Positions 56,571 to 64,000 of a stretch of DNA of 64,000 bases are shown one piece after another. A model generated the notes under the pieces. The model searched no databases. It saw nothing but the letters and a program-made list of their open reading frames with translations, and was not told where the DNA came from. A program made the translations under genes and the position numbers. The first letter of the stretch is position 1; each line of letters begins with the position of its first letter. The stretch spans positions 62,001 to 126,000 of the forward strand of contig JAHLTZ010000023.1 in assembly GCA_025786725.1 (NCBI GenBank). The letters are read 5' to 3'. This DNA comes from Syncephalis fuscata S228. Taxonomy: Eukaryota; Fungi; Zoopagomycota.

Positions 56571-56696
56571 ACGTAAAACAATCGTTGCCCGTTCGTGCTC
56601 TCCCGTACCTAAAGACACTAATATTATTGAATACCTTCCACTTGACTCGATCTAATTTTATCTAATAATACCGCTAATATCTCGTCATACATCCAA

Positions 56697-58049
56697 ATGT
56701 CTACTAACGAAAGACTAAGGCCATTAACACGCGCTGCGGCAGCCATCGCCTTACCTATTGATGAACAGGATGAGGTTGATGATCGATCGAATGTATCACA
56801 GAACAATCAACCCGAAGTACCAGTTCCAACGACCCCGGAACAGGCACCCACATCAGTACCATCCAGTACTGCAACAGTGATCCAATTGATCACAGAAAGT
56901 TTTGTCAATACATTGGTACAAAATGCCGGCTCATTATCGACCACAGACAGTGCGCAAATGGCCATCGCGTTAAACTACACACTGCAAAAGTTAGGCCATA
57001 ATCAAATTGCTACCTTACCTTCAATTACCCCTGGCCCTGGGTACACCGTACAAACGCCCGGCACTATTCTGCCGACAGTTGTCCCAACCCATGAAGTCAC
57101 ATCCTCTGCGCCCATAGCGGAATTCAACAATCTAACGGATACTCCCAGTCGTATTCCCAAATCGACTACCTTCGAATCGATAGCTGACAGTGAATCCACT
57201 GATAGCGTATCAGTAATACTACAAAACGATACTCCGCCGGTGAAAAAAATTACACCAGCAGCAAAATTACCCAAGATGGATATCGAAAGGTTAGACGATA
57301 AGGACGACCCGTTAGAATGGTTAAACAGCTTTCAGATGATCGCTGGACTAGCGAAATGGGATGAGCCAACAAAATGCGGTCGCTTATTTTACGGATTACG
57401 TGGCCGTGAGAGTGTTTGGTGCCTTCAAAACACTCCGCGACTAGATGATTATCGTCCTGGACTATTCACACAGTTAGTAAGGGAATTGAAGACGAAATGG
57501 TGTTTAGGCGATCCCGAAGAAATGTTAATGACCAAATTCCATCTGACTCGTTTACGTCCCAATGAGACCCTCCTCGCTTTCGCTGAGCGAGTAGAGAAGG
57601 CCGGTAGTAGCGCTGGTGCTGATACCGACGCCATTTGGTACCAGATTAAATTGGGTACGAATGAATACGTCCGCGATAAACTACGGAACTACCAGATCCA
57701 AACATTGGATGATTTGCGATTCAGAGGAAAAAGTATACCAACAATTGACCCAAATAAGAAACAAATCAACCGATCGGATATCCATGCTGTTCTTAACGAT
57801 GATTCAACCTTCTCTGACGAGCTAGTGTCTAGTTCAGTTCAGATGGTCTCTAATTTGAGTCAGCAACGTTGCCGCCCCAATAACAACAACGGACGGAAAA
57901 GCAAACAACAACAATCTGTTCCTCGTTATCCCTGCGCTATCTGCGATGTTCAAGGACACTTTACACACCAATGTCCAAAATTACCCGCTGCCCGAGCCTC
58001 TGCATTAGGTGGACTACCTAATGTAGACGCTAACGAATCGGAAAACTAA
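56697..58049 (+). CDS. gag: Retrotransposon Gag
   Basis: 450-aa ORF, capsid-like DPLEWLNSF...W region, zinc knuckle CAICDVQGHFTHQC. Confidence 0.93.
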   Translation: MSTNERLRPLTRAAAAIALPIDEQDEVDDRSNVSQNNQPEVPVPTTPEQAPTSVPSSTATVIQLITESFVNTLVQNAGSLSTTDSAQMAIALNYTLQKLGHNQIATLPSITPGPGYTVQTPGTILPTVVPTHEVTSSAPIAEFNNLTDTPSRIPKSTTFESIADSESTDSVSVILQNDTPPVKKITPAAKLPKMDIERLDDKDDPLEWLNSFQMIAGLAKWDEPTKCGRLFYGLRGRESVWCLQNTPRLDDYRPGLFTQLVRELKTKWCLGDPEEMLMTKFHLTRLRPNETLLAFAERVEKAGSSAGADTDAIWYQIKLGTNEYVRDKLRNYQIQTLDDLRFRGKSIPTIDPNKKQINRSDIHAVLNDDSTFSDELVSSSVQMVSNLSQQRCRPNNNNGRKSKQQQSVPRYPCAICDVQGHFTHQCPKLPAARASALGGLPNVDANESEN

Positions 58050-58107
58050 GTGGGGTGTCGACGTTTAAGGGTACCGACACCCCCGACCAATTAACAAATC
58101 CCTTGAA
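58040..58107 (+). other. -1 ribosomal frameshift signal (slippery GGAAAAC + predicted H-type pseudoknot)
   Basis: pol lies in the -1 frame; stem 1 58052-58060/58075-58083, stem 2 58064-58071/58100-58107. Confidence 0.85.
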
Positions 58108-61100
58108 AACCGTATCCGTAGTCAATGCCATTTCCGCAACGACATTACTACAGGATGGTACTATCAATGGACACGTAGTCTCTATGCTGATCGATACAGG
58201 TGCTGAAAGTACAGTTATTTCTAGTGCGGTTTGCACTAAAATAGGACTCATTTTGGGCCCACGTACCGATTCATTTGTACGATTAGCTGATGGCCGTCAC
58301 GTTAACACTCGTGGACGCACTCCAGTGCGGATTGAAATCGCTAACGTGGTACGGCAAGTCGATGCAGTTATACTAGACGCTGCCCCGTATAGCGTTCTAC
58401 TTGGTATGGATTGGTTATCAGCCGCTGGTGCCAGCATTGATTGCGCAGCGGGCCGATTGTTCATTGATGGCCAATCCCATGATATAAAATTATCAAATAA
58501 TCCCTCTCCTGGTATACATGTCGTATCCATGGTAGAGAAAGTCAGAAATAGTCGTTTACTTAGTAAGATTAAACAACACTTACTGAGACGGGGTGAACGA
58601 CCCACTAAGAAGATTAATGATGCCGTGTTAGCATTGGCACTATCCCAATCGTCTAGTGAAGAATGGAATGAGTATACGCGTACAGCAAAACTCAATCAAG
58701 TGCTACAGGAATATTCAGATCTCTTTGCGGCGAATCCGAATAATCCTAATGCCACTACTAGAGTTCGCCACACAATCGATACAGGTGACTCACAACCAAT
58801 TAATACACCCCCCTATCGTTCGGCTTATCGACAGAGAGAAAAGATAACTGAAGCAATTGCTGACATGCTCAAGAATGGTATTATTGAACCATCTCGTAGT
58901 CCATGGTCTTCTCCTGTGGTACTAGTCGGTAAGAAGGATGGTGGTGAAAGATTTTGTGTAGATTATCGCAAAATCAACTCTATAACCAAGAAGGACTCAT
59001 ATCCAACTACTCGGATCGATGATGCCCTTGACATGCTGACTGGCGCCTGTTGGTTTACTACTTTAGACCTTGCGTCAGGATATTGGCAAGTTAAGATGGC
59101 CGAGTCCGACAAAGAAAAGACAGCGTTTGTCACTCACGCTGGTCTATATCAATTTAGTGTCATGCCATTCGGTTTATGCAATGCACCTGCGACTTTTCAA
59201 CGATTGATGGATGAAGTATTGGCGGGATTGAAGTGGCATTCGTGTATTGTTTACCTAGATGACATTATCGTGTTTGGTAGAACGTTTGAAGAACACCTAC
59301 AACGACTGAGTGCTGTATTTAAACGACTACGTGACGCTGGACTTCGTCTGAAGCGTAGTAAATGTCATTTCGGACAACAACAACTTGCTTATCTCGGTCA
59401 TGTAGTTAGCGCTACTGGCGTTAAGCCCGATCCAGATAAAGTGTCTGCAGTGCACAATTTCCCTGTTCCCACTGACGTCCGGGGATGTAAAAGCTTTCTA
59501 GGCTTAGCATCTTATTATCGCCGCTTTATTAATCGATTCGCTGAAAGAGCCGAACCCATTCGTCGCCTAGAGAAGAAAGGTACACCTTTTGTATGGTCAA
59601 ACGAACAACAAATCGCTTTTGATGATCTACGAACTGCTTTAACTAGTAATGACGTACTAGCTTACCCAACTCTATCTGAACCATTCCGAATTGAAACTGA
59701 CGCATCTACTTACGGCCTTGGCGCTGTATTATCACAACAAATCAATGATGTATGGCGGCCAATTGCATATGCTAGTAGAGCGTTGAATGATGCTCAAAAG
59801 AATTATTCAGCAACTGAATGTGAATGTATGGCTATCGTTTGGGCCATTGAAAAGTTTAGACCCTATGTTTATGGTAGCAACTTTACTGTAGTTACAGATC
59901 ATTCTGCTTTGCGTTGGCTCATGTCTCGACCTAATCCAACCGGTAAACTTGGGCGATGGGCGTTAAAACTACAAGAGTACCGACCAACCATTGAATACCG
60001 ACGTGGTACTGCAAATGCTAATGCTGATGCATTATCGCGCGATCCTTTACCGTGGCATGAACTGGTCGAATTAGCAGAGCAAGACAAGGCAACTATGGTG
60101 ATGCACATAGCCGAAATACCTGTACCCTTGTTACCCACTAATGAAGAATGGCTATATGCTCAACAAACTGAGGCTGGTACAGCAGATATTTATGCTTACT
60201 TGAAATATGGCGCTGAGTCTACGCTGATGATGTCCGAACCTACTCGTCGCTCTTTACGTAAACGTGCCAAACGCTTTGGATTGGTAAATGACCGAATGAA
60301 AAGGAAAGTTATGAAAAACGGCATTGTGGTAGATTTACTAGATGTAGTACCCAACCAATATCGACCAGTAGTACTATATCATAGTCATGATCAGGAACTG
60401 GCTGGTCATTTGGGTATCACACGTACTCACCAGCGATTACGTCAAAACTATTGGTGGCAAAATATGCACAGTGACGTATGCGATTATGTAGCATCCTGTA
60501 CTGTATGTCAGAAAGTGCGACGTATACACCAACGATCCGGACTGTTACAGTCATTACCGGTGCCAGAAAAACCGTTCGACTTTATTGCCATTGATCTAAT
60601 GGGACCTTTTACTGAATCCAATTATGGAAATAAGTATGTGGCTGTATGTTGTGATTACACCACTCGATGGATAGAAGCAGCGGCCATTCCAGATGCGACG
60701 GCTGAGACGACCGTTCAGTTCCTAATGACTCATATTATCGCTAGGCATGGTATGCCAAGAGTATTACTTACTGATGGTGGAACCAATTTCACATCTGGTT
60801 TGACTACTGGCATAGCACGTAGACTAGGCATACAACGACGGATCACTTCGGCTAGACGACCTCAAACTGATGGACTTGTAGAAAGATTTAATCATACACT
60901 TGCTTCTATGATAGCTAAGTTCACTAGTGATTTTGAACAAGATTGGGATAAGTATTTGCCTTTACTACTATTCGCTTACAGAACGACAAGACAATCGTCG
61001 GCTGGACACTCACCTTTTCAACTATTGTTTGGACGAGAGGCTACCCAACCGTTGGAAGTCGCCGTCGACCCAGCTCCGACAATTCCGATCCGGTTCCATA

Positions 61101-61591
61101 AAAAGGTAGAAGAATATGAAGAATATGTCACCGATCTGCAGTTGAGATTAAACGATGTAAGAGAAAGGGCCAGATTGATGATTGAAGCAGCCCAACGTCG
61201 ACAATCTGCAAGATATAATAAAGGACGACGAAAGGAACCGTTTAAAGAAGGAGATTTAGTGTGGGTGGAAGAACAACTGTTAAAAGGAACAAAATTGAAA
61301 AAGATGAAAGAACGTATCAAAGGACCGTTTAAGGTGATTGACCAGACGTCGGCTGTGAATTATCTCCTAAAGGATTTAGAAACGCAAAGAACGTTTTCTG
61401 AACATGCCGATCGAATGGTGCCCTTACATAACAGGCCCGCACACTTATTATTACCTGCAGTAGCGGTAAACCATTTATCAGTGCCCAACCTAAGTCAAGA
61501 TGATATGTCAGCGGGACGCTTGACAACCAAAGAGGGAGTGTTGTGGTATCAATCTTGGAAACGATGGTATTTAGGAGCGGAGCTCAAATAA
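58046..61591 (+). CDS. pol: Retrotransposon Pol (PR-RT-RNase H-integrase), expected as a Gag-Pol fusion
   Basis: LIDTGA protease, YLDD RT, TDAS..GLGAVL RNase H, H..H..C..C plus D,D,E integrase, GPF motif. Confidence 0.97.
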   Translation, partial: LSGVSTFKGTDTPDQLTNPLKTVSVVNAISATTLLQDGTINGHVVSMLIDTGAESTVISSAVCTKIGLILGPRTDSFVRLADGRHVNTRGRTPVRIEIANVVRQVDAVILDAAPYSVLLGMDWLSAAGASIDCAAGRLFIDGQSHDIKLSNNPSPGIHVVSMVEKVRNSRLLSKIKQHLLRRGERPTKKINDAVLALALSQSSSEEWNEYTRTAKLNQVLQEYSDLFAANPNNPNATTRVRHTIDTGDSQPINTPPYRSAYRQREKITEAIADMLKNGIIEPSRSPWSSPVVLVGKKDGGERFCVDYRKINSITKKDSYPTTRIDDALDMLTGACWFTTLDLASGYWQVKMAESDKEKTAFVTHAGLYQFSVMPFGLCNAPATFQRLMDEVLAGLKWHSCIVYLDDIIVFGRTFEEHLQRLSAVFKRLRDAGLRLKRSKCHFGQQQLAYLGHVVSATGVKPDPDKVSAVHNFPVPTDVRGCKSFLGLASYYRRFINRFAERAEPIRRLEKKGTPFVWSNEQQIAFDDLRTALTSNDVLAYPTLSEPFRIETDASTYGLGAVLSQQINDVWRPIAYASRALNDAQKNYSATECECMAIVWAIEKFRPYVYGSNFTVVTDHSALRWLMSRPNPTGKLGRWALKLQEYRPTIEYRRGTANANADALSRDPLPWHELVELAEQDKATMVMHIAEIPVPLLPTNEEWLYAQQTEAGTADIYAYLKYGAESTLMMSEPTRRSLRKRAKRFGLVNDRMKRKVMKNGIVVDLLDVVPNQYRPVVLYHSHDQELAGHLGITRTHQRLRQNYWWQNMHSDVCDYVASCTVCQKVRRIHQRSGLLQSLPVPEKPFDFIAIDLMGPFTESNYGNKYVAVCCDYTTRWIEAAAIPDATAETTVQFLMTHIIARHGMPRVLLTDGGTNFTSGLTTGIARRLGIQRRITSARRPQTDGLVERFNHTLASMIAKFTSDFEQDWDKYLPLLLFAYRTTRQSSAGHSPFQLLFGREATQPLEVAVDPAPTIPIRFHKKVEEYEEYVTDLQLRLNDVRERARLMIEAAQRRQSARYNKGRRKEPFKEGDLVWVEEQLLKGTKLKKMKERIKGPFKVIDQTSAVNYLLKDLETQRTFSEHADRMVPLHNRPAHLLLPAVAVNHLSVPNLSQDDMSAGRLTTKEGVLWYQSWKRWYLGAELK

Positions 61592-61756
61592 TTAATATAA
61601 ATACTATCCAAGTTCATATAATTAATAAAGAACAGACTTTCTTACGACTAATCTTCTTGCTACAAATATAAGTGGAGATATCACAATAATATTCAGTGTT
61701 TATTGATAGTTGTCACCTCGCTCTACCGTCCCCCCAAATCCTCCACCAATACGACA
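61542..61756 (+). repeat. 3' LTR
   Basis: Direct repeat of 56336-56550, preceded by a purine tract and followed by GATAG. Confidence 0.97.
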
Positions 61757-61821
61757 GATAGTAACTTATTTTGGTGGTAGAATAATTTTATTTATTTATT
61801 TTATCTTTTTAATATAACCTA

Positions 61822-62417
61822 ATATTTTAAATTATTTATTAATAAAGATTTTAATTCATTTTCAATATTTTTTATTCATATATTCCATTGTTATATTGTG
61901 TTGTTACAATATCTAATTACGGTATTATGGTCGCGTAGTTATCTACCATGCGATTGATCCATAACATTCATCATGAAGTCGAACAACATGATAACGATAA
62001 CATGTGAATAGACACGACAACAATATACTAAATACTAGTACTAACAATCATAAACAAACAGCTATCCAAGAACATAACTAGTAGATACTTGTTGTTTACT
62101 GACACATGATCAACCATATGAACAAAGCTCAAGTTTTATTAACAATAGTATTTACTATACACTACTAGCTTTATTAGGACTATAATAAACATATCTATAT
62201 TTCTAGTTTATATTATTTTCTCTACTTTAGTTAAAAGTGTCATTTAGTTGTTAAAAGCTTAACTATGGTAATAGATAATTAAAAAAGAATCATTTATTAT
62301 TTATTTTATAATAGCATCAGGCTCATGTTGTACTAAGGCAAGTAATTAATTAGTGGTCACTGATGCTTAGGTGATAGAAGTAGGCTTGGAAAAAAGGTAA
62401 CTATTCAGTTGCTAGTC
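61822..62417 (+). repeat. Dispersed ~600-bp non-coding repeat, copy 2
   Basis: Colinear, diverged direct repeat of 28810-29402. Confidence 0.9.
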
Positions 62418-62982
62418 GTTGCGATGTAGTGCTAGGTTGTTAACAATCAACAATTATTCTTATATCAATATCAGTACAACATCATTTCATTATATGATAG
62501 TGATAGATTTTTTACTATCCATGGTATATTTACAAATAAACAGTTGATTTTATTGCCAATATATATAACTACAATATTCACATTAACATTGACATATTTA
62601 TACCGGCCTATGCTTGTAGCTAATACAATATAATTGTACATGTTTTTTGTTAATACTATTACTTGATTAATAATTAAGAATTATTGAATACAAATAGAAC
62701 ACAATTATCAATATAGCAATTTGATTGTTTTTTTAAAATGAAACCATAAGTTTATTACAAGTTTGCACAGTTAAATAGGAACAACTAATTGCAAGCTTAT
62801 TAGTAAAAGTGATTTTATTGACTAATGACTGGATAAACCGGAGCATTGGCCAAAACTTGATATATAAATAGACTGGACGGCGTAGTTGTCAAATGGTCTT
62901 GTTTTTCACCGAATATATACCTAAAGTGTATTGGACCAGTGGTTTGATTACACTACCAATGCTAATGTCTTGAAACCATCGA

Positions 62983-63180
62983 TTATGATTGACACTTGGG
63001 TTTGCATCGAATTTTGCAAAAAACCATGCATTCATGCATGCATTTTTGACATTCTGCACGATTACCACGACGAACCAAAGCTGGATTACCATCCATCGTA
63101 GCTGGTTTAGCATCCACCACGGCTGTAGTGGCTATCAAAGCCACAACGACGGTGCAAACAACGGCAATAGAAAGCTTCAT
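62983..63180 (-). CDS. Small secreted cysteine-rich peptide precursor (65 aa), copy 1
   Basis: Signal MKLSIAVVCTVVVALIATTAVVDA, short propeptide ending LVRR, mature GNRAECQKCMHECMVFCKIRCKPKCQS. Confidence 0.85.
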   Translation of the reverse strand: MKLSIAVVCTVVVALIATTAVVDAKPATMDGNPALVRRGNRAECQKCMHECMVFCKIRCKPKCQS

Positions 63181-63466
63181 GGTGATATTAATTTGTTAAA
63201 ACAAACAAATAAAGAGATAGTAGAGTGTGGTTGGTATAGAGTGTATAGTAGTGCGTGTATAGCAAGAAGTAGAGTGTAATGATGATATCGCAGTTGGTTG
63301 TGTATATTTTGTGGGCTATTTAAACTTATGGCTATGCTGAGATGCTAGTATACTGTAGTATACAAGATATACCATTGGTGTGTAATATGAACCAATAAAA
63401 CAATCCAGGTAATGGTTTGAGGTGCACATGTACCAATAGATTCAGGGTGGAATAGAATGCTTTCAG

Positions 63467-63552
63467 TCTTTATTTTAACCTGCCTGGTCTTTCTTTTAAC
63501 CTGCCTGGTCTTTCTTTTAACCTGTCTGGTCTTTATTTTAGCCTGCCCGGTC
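63467..63552. repeat. 21-bp minisatellite, ~4 copies (GTCTTTMTTTTAACCTGCCTG)
   Basis: Directly visible tandem units. Confidence 0.9.
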
Positions 63553-63940
63553 ATTTGCACGAATAATGTAACAATGATAATAATCCAGTACATATGCGAT
63601 AAAAATAGACATATTCGCCTGTATTTTCTGTTACATGATTTAGCTATTTGATAAAAACAAGTATATTGTTTTGGCTTTGTAAAAAATAATAATAATGTCT
63701 TTGTTGCCATTTCTACCGATTCGGTTCTCAACATCTGCATGCATACAGAATAGCACACAGCTTTGATGTAAAAACAAATTTAATGTATCAAAATGGTATT
63801 TTTATATAACTCTTTACTTTTATTATAGCCAGTTGCGATCATTACACTCTACTTCTTGCTATACACGCACTACTATACACTCTATACCAACCACACTCTA
63901 CTATCTCTTTATTTGTTTGTTTTAACAAATTAATATTACC

Positions 63941-64000
63941 ATGAAGCTTTCTATTGCCGTTGTTTGCACCGTCTTTGTGGCTTTGATAGCCACTACAGCC
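63941..64000 (+). CDS. Small secreted peptide precursor, copy 2 (5' part; runs off the window)
   Basis: MKLSIAVVCTVFVALIATTA; 63838-64000 is the reverse complement of 63121-63283 with one substitution. Confidence 0.85.
   Translation, partial: MKLSIAVVCTVFVALIATTA

Larger units (their letters stand above)
56336..61756 (+). mobile_element. Full-length Ty3/Gypsy LTR retrotransposon (no chromodomain seen)
   Basis: 215-bp TG..CA LTRs, TSD GATAG at 56331-56335 and 61757-61761, PBS 56553-56570, PPT ~61529-61541, gag and pol ORFs. Confidence 0.98.

Noticed and set aside
57002-61526. Antisense and alternate-frame ORFs inside the retrotransposon, and similar shadow ORFs over host genes
   Set aside because: No recognisable motifs; expected by-products of the real coding frames.
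63467-63552. 21-bp repeats as a CRISPR array, or as the coding repeats in ORFs 63345-63758 and 63457-63651
   Set aside because: Head-to-tail units without spacers in a eukaryotic context; the ORFs stay open only because the unit length is a multiple of 3.

Overview
AT-rich eukaryotic DNA with many short introns. The fused alpha-beta tryptophan synthase marks it as fungal; ABCD4-like and U11/U12-35K genes suggest a non-Dikarya lineage (inference). Housekeeping genes: ABCD4-like transporter, TRP5, MARCH5-like E3, PDCD5, PRP4 kinase, TBP, heme-less sulfite oxidase, RPL35, TANGO2/NRDE, an FGD-like RhoGEF, a SAP/HeH+SAM protein, NOP53, SNRNP35, two tandem mitochondrial carriers and ECM31/panB. Accessory structure: (1) a ~4.9-kb palindrome carrying two tail-to-tail copies of a signal peptide + ectodomain + ~7TM gene, with a near-identical 1.95-kb core inside diverged flanks, plus a distant third family member; (2) a second inverted pair, cut by the window end, of a Kex2-processed six-cysteine secreted peptide gene with a 21-bp minisatellite between the copies; (3) an intact, very young Ty3/Gypsy element with identical 215-bp LTRs, a GATAG TSD, a tRNA-Ala-type PBS masked by two hairpins and a -1 frameshift pseudoknot; (4) a decayed kinase pseudogene and a ~600-bp dispersed non-coding repeat. 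Many genes carry 1-2 nt deletions in short base runs, most likely long-read consensus errors. CDS coordinates are hand-read start-to-stop spans including introns; identities are by eye.
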